Source of the DNA: Paecilomyces variotii
Lineage: Eukaryota
NCBI GenBank assembly: GCA_004022145.1
Contig: RCNU01000010.1
Direction: 5' to 3' (one strand)
DNA length: 64,000 bases
Part shown: one piece after another, positions 13,351-25,590 of the stretch
How positions within the stretch are numbered: position 1 is the stretch's first letter
How the letters are laid out: the number at the start of each line of letters is the position of its first letter
The notes under the pieces: model-generated
What the model was told of the DNA's origin: nothing
What the model saw: the letters and a program-made list of their open reading frames with translations, nothing else
Databases searched by the model: none
Position numbers and translations under genes: made by a program

Positions 13351-15136
13351 TCAATGCTCCGTTGGGGGCTTGCTGGGACCATCAGGATGATCTCCCTCCA
13401 TGGCCCAGTCCCTGACATTTTTCTTGACATCTTTCATATCGTGAAATCTCTGTGAAATGCCGCTTCTGTGCTTGGGATGTCCGTTAACACGTTCGTCAAG
13501 TTCTGACTCGTCCGAACTGGACAGACTAGAATCTGAGCCACTGGACGGCTGCATGTAGGCAAAGTTTCCTTGGGCGCTCTTCTTCTTGATTTCTCGTTGT
13601 TCCTCCTTGAGATGGTTCATTCTGTCTGCATCCTTCTGGCAGTCCAATGTTATCACTCGGAGACGCGGGAAGTTATTTGATAGAAACTCTCTGAGCAGAG
13701 GAAGCAACTCTGCATTGGGCCGATATGTGCCGCTGTCATTATCGATGAAGAGTTCATAATCAGCGGGATCATGGGATGGATCTGAGGACGTCGAAGCTCG
13801 ACGTCGATCTTCCGTCGGATCACCAGCTACCGCCTGAGATGACCCAGAACCAGGTCGATGATGTCGATGCTTGGCGCGACGGACGAAAAACTCGCCAGAG
13901 AATGCAATATAGATCGAGACATCACTGTGCATGGTGTGCTTGCTCAACAAGTCAATTCCAAACTCCTTGCCTGTTTCAGTAAAGCGAAGAAGCCCGTCGA
14001 GTGTGAGCACATAGGTAAAGATACGCCCTCCCTGGCCGTAGTGAGCAAACTCGAGAAACTTTTGCGCCATTTCAGTGCAGGGCCCATTGAACAATCCGTG
14101 CTCGGTGGTTCTATCGAAATTGTAAATGCGCGCATGCTGGTGATGCAGAGCTCTGTTCAGAATGCGGCCTCGGAGACTGTGCGATGTGAACATGCCGGCT
14201 ACAAACGGTCTGAACTCAACGTAGCGATGGTACAGTTGTGACGGCACCGGGCCTTTCAGCTGCATTTGGATAGCTTGGAAACTAAGAGAATTATAACCAT
14301 CAGCCTTTTGTATGTATAGAGTCGGGTTCAGGGGAGAGAGAGACAACGCACTTGTACCGTGTGATTTCTTTCTTACCATCCGCACTTGGGACCGAGTCTT
14401 TAGTCCCAGTCAATCTCCCGATGAGAGGAGAGTAATGTTTGAACCAGTAGTTCGGACCAATAGTGTACATATGCGCACCCTCATCCCCTGGGGTCTTCCC
14501 CAGACACTCGACACTCACAACTAGCTGCGCATCCATGGCGCGAAGATGGCAAGCAGCCACCGCTAGAGTTCGAAAGAAGTACGCGCGCTTGCTTGCCATG
14601 CGCTTCTTGATTGTAAACGATTGTTCCTTGATCCCCTCCCATGATTCCGAGATGGATGATGCCGTTACATATGCATTTCCGAGTCGGTCGTCATGGTCGG
14701 CAGGATCCTCGTCGTAGACGCGGCATTTGAGCTCAAATCCAGAGGCAGGCACATTGGCAACAATCCATTCCGCATCCCACACCGGATTAGTGCTCCTTCT
14801 TATGGTAGGGGTGCGGAAGATGGGAATGGGATCCTGCTTATGCCGGCGGGGCAGATCAACCTTGAGCTGCGCGGTAACGAACGGATCAGACGATAATGTA
14901 CTGAAGTCTGCGAATGGCAGATTGACGGCGCGATGCAGCACAAATCGCAACGTGTAACCGGACGGCGCGTCAGGAAATGGAGTGCTGTCGAACCCTCCAG
15001 CGGGCTGATGCTCGCCCGCACCGTTCGTCAGCCCCATCGCGCGGTCATGTATCTTCTCTGCTTTGTCGACGAATTTCGGGCCATATTTTTCGGTGGGATG
15101 CTGGGGTCGCACTTGGGGTTTCACTTGTTCGTCCAT
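13351..15136 (-). CDS. C2-domain protein with uncharacterised conserved C-terminal domain, ~571 aa
   Basis: Exons 15136-14352 and 14281-13351 (intron GTGCGT...CTGAT...TAG). C2 motifs LHRAVNLP..D..TLSSDPFV, TNPVWDAEW, VYDED...DDRLG. Confidence 0.88.
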
Positions 15137-15952
15137 GGTCGATATTTGATATCGCGGGTTTCTGTGCCGCTCAGAACCAAAAGACCGTCCTCGGGATGAT
15201 GTAGGTTGGAGATACTGTGTTTCTGGCGCATGGCACACCGTATGACACTGTCGCAGAGAGAGTTTCTTCCGACTCAGGAGAAGGGAATTCAGGTGGCCTG
15301 TCCTGATCGTATTATTATTATGATTGAATGGGGTGATCTCGAGGGCTAGCGGCGAGCTAAGACCGCCTGTGAAGATCGAAATTCCGCGACTTTTAACTTT
15401 TGCTAAACACAGAGAAATGACGAGGCCTGGCGGCGAAGTGGGATGTCTGACCTTGGCGACACGCTGCTACACAAAGAGGACCATTAATATTGATTAACAA
15501 TTTAACCGCCACATGTGGAGGCGGATAGGGCTGCACGTTGACGTCCTCACAATGGGTTTATCGATTTTGGCCTAGAGTTACTACTAATTACAGGTCGAAT
15601 ATTCTCTATGTATCACGGCCAACGGAAGTCATGGTCTCCACTCACGGGGCTGATAGCGCTGTGGATTCTATGCACGAGCGAGATGTCGTAGTTATACACT
15701 CGATTACATGCATACGCTGATCCCGTCGGTTACTGACTGCTTGGCTCAACGCTCTCGATAAAATAGTTTACTTCTAGAAATATTTATTAGCTAGCTGTCG
15801 TTAATTGATAGACTTTAAAAAAGACATGTCTGGTGAAATAAGAAAGAGCCCGCAGCCTGCGGACCTGCTGCTATGGTAAGCCGGATAGGCACCCATGTTG
15901 CGTGAGCTGGCCAGTAGTACCTCCTCCTGGCAGATGTCCGGTCAGCAATAAA

Positions 15953-18900
15953 CTAAGATCCCCGGAATAAGAACTGCATGTCTTCCGGAGTCAACTTCTC
16001 CAAGGCCTCGCCTTGGTCCTTGTTGATCGTTCCATTGATCATGTTTGCTTTCTTCTCCTGCAACAACACCATCCGAGACTCGACAGAATCCTCGATGCAC
16101 AGTCTTGTGATCACGCAGGGGCGTCTTTGGCCGATGCGATGGCAACGGTCTGCACTCTGCCATTCAGCTGCAGGGTTCCACCATCTAGCAAATCATGTTA
16201 GCACCTAACAGACAACCGGCGGGGGACAAGAAGGAACCACGTACGGATCCACGATGAAGACTCGAGAGGCTTCCGTCAAATTCAGAGCTACACCACCTGC
16301 TTTGAGAGAGACGAGGAATACCTCAACGTCCACATTTTTCATGAAATACTCGATTGAGTTCTGACGTTGCGCTGGAGTCATGCTGCCATCAAGCATGACA
16401 GTATTGAAGCCAGCCCGACGGAGACGCCATTCGACAAGCTGTAGCATAGAGGTAAACTGGGAGAAAACAATCGATTTGTGGGTTTGTTTCTTGCTTCTGA
16501 GCTTGTACAGGTCGTAGACAAGCATTTCGATCTTGGTCGAGGACGTCCATTCCTCCATACGGATCCGGTTGATGATCGAGTTCTTCTTCACGTTCTCCTC
16601 TTCCTGTTCTATATCAGGCTGTTCAAAATCAATAGAAAGCGGAATGTGGCACCTGGGGCAGTCCACAGTCGTGCCGGCATCGAACGAATTGATATAATTC
16701 TTCGCGCACTGGCGGCAGAATTCGTGATGACAGCGAGACCGGATTGCTTCTTCTGCTGGTTCATCACAGATGCAGCAGACGAGGACATTCTGACCTCCCT
16801 CCGCATGTTTCTTGAGGATCAAATCCGGATGATTCGCAACCTGGCGCATCTGCATGATGAGACCGAAAATGTTGGCGTAATTATTAAGCATAACACCCCT
16901 GCTCACATATGTGTCGAACTGCCTGGTGGTGTTGGTCATGATGCTACTAGAGAAGTCTCGTTCAATCTCCCCGAAAAATTCATTATGGATGATCACACTA
17001 AACAAGTCAGCTACAGGCTAAGACAAGGAACTAGCAAGTGGACAAGAACTTACCGCTTGGGTGGGAGCTCCATCGATGATGTGTGGTCTTTCTTCACCCG
17101 CCTCAGCATAATCCTATCCGTTATCAGGCGCAGCTTTTGCAGAGCTTCTTTCCTAGCGGTAGGGCTGTTCCGTTCCGTGACTGCGATAATATTAACAACG
17201 ACCCAAATATACCTAGAGTACAGCAGTGGACATACTAGGGTTGAGGATTTCCTGGTTGAAGATCGAAACGTGACTAAACCCACTGCAAGGAGGTCAGAAG
17301 TTGAAATGAGGCGCCTTGTGATGAGGAGCCATACCTGTGCTTGCAGTGAGTGCATCTCTTCTCCTTATCCTGGGACCAGTGCAGCTCCTGGCATGGGCAT
17401 AGCTTGCAGAAGTAACAGGCAAATGGACGAATTTCGAGAAACCTGAGAAGAGAGAAGAATTCTCCAATACGGTTCTGCACCGGGGTACCAGACAAGCACC
17501 ATTTGTAATTCGCCTTCAAGGCAAAGCAGGCGCGGGCCACACTTGTGGTGCGTTGCTGTCTACGGGTCAACTCGCGGAAATCAAAAAACTGCCAGGGGAT
17601 GATCTCACCTTAATACTGTGTGCCTCGTCTAGAATAAGACGATGGAAATGGATCGAATGTATGACGCCTGAGCGATGAACGTTAATAGCAGATATGGAGC
17701 CATGAAAGCCAGGACGACCCACTATCTTCCTTCAAAATACCGTCATTTCGATTCCATCCTTTGAGTTCCTTTCGATGCATAGATTCAAGGCCCGAGTCTA
17801 GATGACTATGGTCAGACAATGGCTCTTTTACGTTGAGAATTTGGCACCGTACATGAGATCATAATCACATCGTATTCTTCCAGCTCGGACTTGCTCAACA
17901 GCTTCACCTTCGGGTTCGAATTATGGTAGACAAGGACCTTCAACTTGCCATCGGTATATGCCTGGTAAAAGTTAACATCACTGATCATAGTGTAACCGTA
18001 CTACCAGAGAGTTGACCTTGATTTCTGACTGCCACTGCATCAATGCAACTGGGGGCACGATGACTAGAGACGGCCGGCCAGCGGGGTAATCCGACATCAG
18101 CAGCGATACCGCCTGAATAGTCTTTCCCATTCCCATTTCATCGCCGAGCAAACCGCCCTTGTACTGCGTCTTTTCCTGCCGGATCATCCAATCCAAACCT
18201 TCAAGCTGGAAAGACTTCAGTTGTCGAGAGATCCCGGCAGGCTGTTGCGCTGGAACCGGTGTGATGGGAGGGTCCTTCTTCAAGTCATCCCACATTGTAA
18301 CAACAGATGGATGCTGCTTCTCGAGCTTTTTGCGTTCCCTCAGAGCCTATCCCAGTGTTAGAGGCATACAGGACACGAGAATAAAGTACGTTCTCTCTTA
18401 CCCGACGACTCATCCATGATGGCGCAGAAGTCCGCTCAGAAGCTGCGCCAGCCCTCGCACCTCTTGCTCTAGTCTGTCTAGCCGCCTGTCGCCTGGTTCC
18501 AGGCGAGCGGGATGCCAATGGAACTTCATCATCCGCAGAAGCCGAAGACGACTCATCATCGTCACTTGCTTCAGAGGAATCCTCGTAGGTATCTTCTAAC
18601 TCGTCCTCGAGATCAGGTCCAAGACGAGCAGCTACGTCATCTAGGTCTGAGAGCGATGAATCTTCACTATCTGGGATGACCCTAGATCGAAGGGCTCGTT
18701 TCTCGCCGCTGCTCCGTGCCAGCGACTCGTGAGAATCCATTATCTCCAGAGCCGATGTATCATTGGTACGGGAGGTCTTCCTCCGCTTCACGTCGGGTGC
18801 CTGATACTCCTCGAGCTGTAGGGAACGGGCTAGTGCTGCATCCGAGCTTTCTATCGTAGAGTGATCATCCAGGAGGCTAGCAGCATCTCGCTTCAAGTTC

Positions 18901-19433
18901 TTCGCTGCATTCTGCAGGGAAAATGTACTTGATCGAAGCTCTCGAGCACGGGCTGAGGCACTGACACGCTTTTTGGTCTCATTATTCGTGACTGGAAATC
19001 CGGGTGTCCCAGTAACGCTGGTAGCCGGCGTGTCGTATCCATTCGTCCCAGCTCCAGAGGTCTCGCCTGCAGAGACTGGAGATGAGTCGCCAGAGGAAGG
19101 CATCTTCTTGACAGGAATCGCGACCTCGATTTGCGTACCATCCCTGGCAGCCTGAGCCGTGCTCATACCCATTCTTACACCAGCGTCATAATCTTGCCAA
19201 TTCCCATCAGGGGGCGGAGGTATACCACTTCCATAGGTGGCTCTGTTCGTGGCAGCATTTGCTATTCTTGAGGATGTACGTCTGGTGCGCGACTCGACAG
19301 CGCCTGAGGAAGAAAAAGAACATGATGGCGTCAGTTTATCAATTTACGATTTGAAGGGATGGGAGAAAACAGTCAGCTTACTGCTTGTGTTTCGGGCAGA
19401 CGAAACTGCTCTCTTCACCGGTTTCCTCGCCAT
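15953..19433 (-). CDS. RAD16: DNA repair protein Rad16 (SNF2 helicase-like ATPase with RING finger), ~968 aa
   Basis: 11 exons: 19433-19382, 19303-18402, 18346-18017, 17961-17853, 17797-17723, 17667-17609, 17555-17335, 17282-17236, 17180-17054, 16997-16245, 16184-15953. Motifs [70 protein letters not shown]; ends MQFLFRGS*. Confidence 0.96.
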
Positions 19434-19926
19434 TATTTCAGCGCTTACTCGGACTCTGCCCGTAGATAGCTCCTGATGCTTGAATTTGAATTGAGAGAAC
19501 AAGAGCTGTAAAGAAAGGAAATCGCCAAGATTGGTGCCTGGCGAATCGACAGGCTTATCAGCCAACCTTGATCTCCGATAACGAGCGACTGAAGCTTAAT
19601 CAGCTAAAAAGAAGGCAGCAAAGGGGAAAATTTTCGACGCCACAAGTCGATCGTCGCCTGGATTCCCAGCTCAGATCGGCTGTGTTGCCTAGATAAACGC
19701 CGAGTGAAAGGCGACTGGATGCTGACTTTTTTCCCTGGAGTATGGTACTGTTCGATTGCCGATAAAAGCACTGATTGGCATCGCCACCGGCTGGGACCGC
19801 GTAAAGTGGAACGCGAAACTGTCACGGGATCCTGTGATCTCGAAGCCTCGCAACCTCAAGTCTGCTTACATCCTCGACAACATCTTGCTGGTGCTCAAAT
19901 CTGAAGTCAGAGAATCGTACAGGATA
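19434..19926. promoter_or_regulatory. Putative bidirectional promoter shared by RAD16 and RAD7
   Basis: 493 bp between divergent start codons; contains ACGCGAAA (MCB/SCB-like, 19811-19818) and inverted CCAAT boxes. Function inferred. Confidence 0.6.
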
Positions 19927-21997
19927 ATGTAAGTCATCTACTGATCTACGTGATTTCAGTCTTCTCTGGGGTTTTACTCACAAGCATACTAGGGCGGGAA
20001 GAAGACAGGCGGGGAACCAGATTCGGGGCCCGTATGTGAGCGCTCTTATGTTCTGAGAGCTTGAGCTAACAGAAATTTTGTGCAGACATTCTGCTCTTAC
20101 TGATTTCCTGGCCGTAAGTAGAGCTTCTGCTACATAATGAGCTATTATACTGATATTGGGAAATGGAGTCCAACAATATCTCCGCTGCCCAGATTGCCAA
20201 CGACTACCAGCAGCGTGTGAGGGAGGCGGAACGCCAGGCGGAACTAGAGAGGGCTAATAGCAGAAACGACGAAGAAGAATATGAAGAAAGCGTGTCTGAA
20301 ACTCCAGAGGAGCGCAAAAAACGGAAGAGAAAGGAAGCAGCTACCCTAAACAAGATCAAGCAGAGCAAAGCGTTCGCTCGTCGCAAGTCTCGCTATGGCG
20401 ACGATGACCCTGACTACGATGATGAACTCGCACGGGATATGATGTACCAGAAGTCCCGGCCTCTGCCCGGTCAGTTCGATAACTGCGAGAATTGCAGTAA
20501 ACGTTTCACCGTCACTGCCTACAGTAAAACCGGTCCAAATGGCGGTCTTCTCTGTGCCAAATGTTCCAAGGAACTCGCAGATGAAGAAAAGAAAACGATA
20601 CCGAAGAAACGCGGGCCTAAGAATAGCCGCCGTCAGAATCGAAGCAATCTCCTCGATGGAATTGTCCAGACCGGCGCTTTAAGCCTTGCTGAAATGTGTA
20701 CCAAGGTGAGGAGGCGTCGGTTATGTGTCCAGTTAAGGCCATGTCCTAATTCACGTGCAGAAAGTTGCCGACAATATAAACGATGTGGAAGAGTTTGGGG
20801 ATCTTCCCCATCAGCTCCTTCATCGGCTCAGTCAAATCTTATCAAAAAGGAGAGTTCTCACTCCCAGGACGCTCAATCTTTTCTTACGTCCTGATCTAGA
20901 CTCCATTAACATATATGACTGCGGCAGTGAGTTTATTCCATGCTAAAAGATTATTGTCGAGCAAGCCACTAATGGTTTCAGAACTTGAGACGGACGACTT
21001 CCGGAAGATCTTCACGTTTATGCCTTCTCTAGTTGACGTCAATCTCCGCTTTGCCGGTCAGATGAAAGACCCAGTCCTTGACTATGTCATGGATCGCAAC
21101 CTGAAGATCAAAAGACTTCAATTGGATGCTGCTAATCTCATTTCTGATGATTGCTGGCGGCGGTTCTTCCAGAAAATGGGACCGCACCTTGAGAGCCTCA
21201 AGCTGTCTAACCTTGATTCATCCCTGGACGATGAGACGGTGAAGGAGATCTGCACGCACTGCACTGGTCTGCATCGTCTGAAGCTAAAGGAGTGCTGGAA
21301 GACAGGTGATGACTCACTACGTGCGATCACCAACTTGAAAAGCCTCGAGCATCTGTCATTGGACTTCCTCCAGGATACGCAGGCTGAAACCATAGCCAAT
21401 CTGGTCGATCAGCTGGGGCCTAATCTGCGGACATTATCCTTGCATGGATTCCGCAACGCCAATGACACCCTTCTCGAGTGCATTCATCGCCGGTGTAGTA
21501 AACTGTCAAAGCTTCGCTTATCAGACAACGCAGTATGCACCGACAAGGGCTATGCGAATCTTTTCACGAACTGGCCAAACCCGCCATTGACCTTTGTTGA
21601 CTTGTCTTCGACGCGAGATGTCGACAATGCAAACCCCAGCGGCCCTCCAGAACCGATAGGTCTTGCTTCTGAGGGATTCGTCGCCTTGATGGAGCATTCA
21701 GGACTCAAAATCCGGTCTTTGAATATCAGCTCTTGTCGGCACATATCTCGCGACGCATTCGAGCAAGTCTTTGGCAAGAACAACACATATCCACACCTGG
21801 AAGAGCTGGATATTTCTTTCCACACTGTCGTAGATGACTACCTTGTCAATTGCATTTTCAAAGCCTGTCCTGCGATGAAGAAGCTGGTTGCATTTGCATG
21901 CTTCAATGTCAGGGACGTGCGTGTTCCTGCCGGTGTCGCGCTGATTGGAGGCTTGAATGCACAAGACTCTATTGTCTTGGAAGGCGGCTTCCAGTAA
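19927..21997 (+). CDS. RAD7: DNA repair protein Rad7 (LRR protein, Rad16 partner), ~595 aa
   Basis: Exons 19927-19928, 19993-20031, 20086-20113, 20169-20705, 20761-20926, 20982-21997. Spliced N-terminus gives IRGPHSALTDFLA (Rad7-type motif); CxxC..CxxC (CENC/CAKC); SOCS/BC-box-like SLAEMCTKKVADNI; C-terminal leucine-rich repeats. Confidence 0.92.
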
Positions 21998-24900
21998 ATG
22001 CACGTCAACTGCAATAAATCGGCTTTTTCCCTGTATTAAATAAACGGCCCGTGGCTAACTTTTACTTTCGATCGGCGTGGCTGGTGGGATTATTCTCCGG
22101 GGAGGCGCTGAATCCTGGTTTCTTATTATTTCTGTGTTTCTCACGGAGCTACTGTACGTACACAGGTTTGATACTGCAGCTGGCCGTCTCAGCTAATTCA
22201 AGATATCAACGCTCTGCTATTCACCAATATAATCCTCATGGTTACCGTAAATTCACAGTCTAAATACATAAAGCATCAAGCCAAGTCCCTAAACTTTACC
22301 ACTATTGTTTTCCAACGCTCAAGCCTAAGACAACGCCACAATTTCCTAACAATCACATTCAAGATTTAAGCTCAAAACAATACACTCGCAACCGTTATCC
22401 GAAATAAGGTCAACTGAACCGATCGGTCGCTCATTGACACTAATATACACACACAAAAAGCACCCCAAGCACTGGCGATATAGTGTACACAACCAGCCCG
22501 TCTCCAACTCACATTATCTGCGACGATCTCCGCATACGCCTAAACAACGCACAATCCAGCGATCATCAGCTTTGAATTTCTTTTTTTCTTACCGTTGCTT
22601 GCTTGGGTAGACCAGGTCAGATTCATCACCCAGTTAACTGTCAGGCAACGCTGGAATGCGGCGTGTGTGTATGTTGTTGTATTTCCGTTCCTGGGAAAAG
22701 AAGATAGATCTATATTATTACTTGTTTGACGAAATGCAAAATGTTCCACCTTCTTCTGCCGAGTACGAAGCTCAATCTGCTCTAAACCAGCTATCGATTC
22801 GTTGATGAATCTTTGCAGAATAACCTACACCTCCGGAATGCTACGGTTGTTGCGACACGCTTGACAGTCGCTGCGGAGACATCGTGCCAAGCTCGATGGC
22901 TCCGCTGGAATTGACATTCCAATCGATAATAATTTTTCTTCCTCGTTGCCTGCCTGGAGCCTTAGATTGTCTCCATATTTCCATTGTTCATATCTTTGCC
23001 GTCATATTGAAGGCCTGTGTGTTGTGTCGACGTCAATATCGGGGGGTGATGAAGCTTACAGTAACTGTCCCACTTGAGTTTGGATATTTCGAGTTGTTTT
23101 TTTTTTTCTCTCTGGAGAATAAAACACGCCTATGGCAATGAGCAAAATAGTGAAGGCTGGTCAATATGAGCGACCAGAGTGTGTGGTTGAAAAGTGTCAA
23201 CATTGTGTACTTTGTGCTCTGCTCCATCGCATGGCTTCTCTTACGCCTGGTCAGGAGATACGATTAAAATGAGCTTTATGATATCTCAGGAGCTGTCAAA
23301 CCTTACAGTGTACGCTAGTAGTACTAAGTAGTAATGACCCATCCAATTTCCAAACTTTCGTCCCTTTTTGTCTGAAATGGGAGCGGCTAAACACTGATAG
23401 TAGACCTCGCATGATAAGCGCGGAGTTGCGCCATCCGGAGTTTCCCATAAGAGCGGTCTGCTTTCCACTTGCAATTGGGGAATTCAATCATAGAGTATAC
23501 CTGTCTGCAGGAGTATAAAATGCAATAACCGCTAGGGTTACGTTGCAAACGTAGTCATGGCGCATGTTGATGTACGCCTACGGACAGAGCGCAGTGTGCT
23601 GTGCACCGGCTGCTCCCGGAATATGTTCAGTCACTTCAGTGAGATATCCAATCCAATCATCCTGGAATCCCATAAGCTTTGTAGACTTCTCATAGTTGCG
23701 GGGTCCAATATGTACTAATTCGCAACCGATGTGATGGGGATCGAAAAGGAAAGCCACGTTCCCCGATCGCTTACGGGTCCATTTCCGACGATCTGCTGAT
23801 TTAGCGCTGCGGCTGGGAGATCAGCCCACGGAAACGGAAAGTTGTTGTGGCTTTCGTTCCGTCACAGCACGAACAGCGGTTGGGATGCGGAACGCACAGT
23901 GTTTATGCCGTCCCTGACGACAGGATGCTCCCGCCAAGGAGAATTTTGCCTTCAGCTGTAGAGTAGGTACCTGAAGCAGTTCGAGATGCTCCTAGAAACA
24001 CAGTCTAGACCCAGAGCACCGGCCTCCTGTCAGGAGAGAAGAAACAGACGCGCAAGAAGCGCAACAGGGAAACTTGACGAGAGGTGGATCTGGACCATCC
24101 GTCAGAAGCAAGCTCGACGAACTGATCTTTCGTTCGGGATCTGCAGGGCTGCAAGTGCAGGGCCAGCAACGAGCGGAAACTGGAATAATAATAGCGAGCT
24201 TGATCGACTTCGTCGGGTCAAATCCACACATGCTCAAAGCTGGTGTCTCGGACGCCCACGGGTCATCCGAGTCTCCAGACGGCACGCCATTCTTCTGTGG
24301 TTCAGTTCTTGTTGTGTCCGTCTGCGTCCAAGCTCTTCCCCTCTCTGGTGGAGCATGATTCTCCAGTGTCCGAGTCCTGATAGCATGACGAACTGGTTTA
24401 TCGTTCCCAGGCCGTCGAGGGACCGTCCCAGCCGCCGTGAGGCTGGATGTGTCGGTATGCTCTGACCATTGGCTCTCAGTAGTGCCCGGGTGCAGTAAAC
24501 AGCAACAGGAACAAGCAGAATTCGGCGTTGGTACGGATGCTGGGGCTATGTGGCTTTGCTGGCTATGCTGGGTGGGATTGGTGCACAGTAGAGTAGGTCG
24601 CACTAGTAGCAGAGCGCAAGCCCAGAAGCCCCCAGAAGACTCCCACTCGATGATGTTTCTGTTTCTCCTGGCCGTAGTCTGCTAAGACATTCTTCCTCTT
24701 GGTGCGGTCAGAAACGTCCGGGAAGGAGGAAGATTGTCTTTTTTTTCTGCTTTTTTGTCTTTGTCTCCTGGTTTGTGCTTTCTGAACTGCTGACGGGGCC
24801 CGTCTGTGTTTGTCGCAGCAACCACAGCTTCGCCTCCTGTGTCCGTCTTCACATCAACCCTTTTTTTCTCACTCTAGCGTGCTGTCGAGGAGTCAAGCCA

Positions 24901-25590
24901 CAGCTTGCAGTGGGTAAGCAAGTTCTCCGACCCTGGAAATCCCTCCCCTTCTGCGGTTCTTGTCTGTCCCTGAAGGCCAGCACTTCTATATTTGGATTTC
25001 TCGGTCTTCACTGCACACTGCAAGCGCGCCAGACTGCTACCGAGTCTGCACGTCGTTGCTCACTTGCTTGCTTGTTCATCCATGCTTGCAGTTGTGCATG
25101 AGGACATTCTCTCTCTAGCAGTTTGGTCGAATTCTGTGCTGTTGCGTGCTTCGTCCCAGGTTTGAGACATAGTTTACCACTGTCTATCCTCGAGCGAGCG
25201 AGCCCGTAACCTCTGCACCCCGCTCATCGATCACACTGCATCTACGCTGCACTACGTGTTTCTCATTTTCATTCCTGCTTTAATCTGGTCTCTGGCAGCA
25301 GAAGCGTCTTGTCACTCTGTGTTACTATTCTGCAGGACCGTGGCATTGACTCTAGATCTCGGACAGACCTCCGCTTCGATTCGTCTTCGGCACTCGCTCA
25401 TGCGTTATTGATCCCCACCTGCGAGTATCGCTGCCGTCCTTCTCTTGCGGAGATCTTTTTATCAACAGAAGAACCAGACGGATTTGGGAACCTAGTCGCT
25501 TGCTAGACACGGTCGCCGTCGGTTGCTCGAGCTTCCTGTCCAGTGTCCCCTTGTAACGGGGCGTTCTCGAATATCTAGAAATCGAACTCG

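Noticed and set aside
16478-17446. 322-aa plus-strand ORF
   Set aside because: Antisense shadow of RAD16 exons and introns.
19193-19225. Possible extra RAD16 intron (GTATAC...AAG)
   Set aside because: Only 33 nt and the frame reads through without a stop, so it was treated as exon.
23992-24603. 203-aa minus-strand ORF and overlapping plus-strand ORFs
   Set aside because: No recognisable motif, atypical composition, and it lies in the probable promoter region of the 25591 gene.
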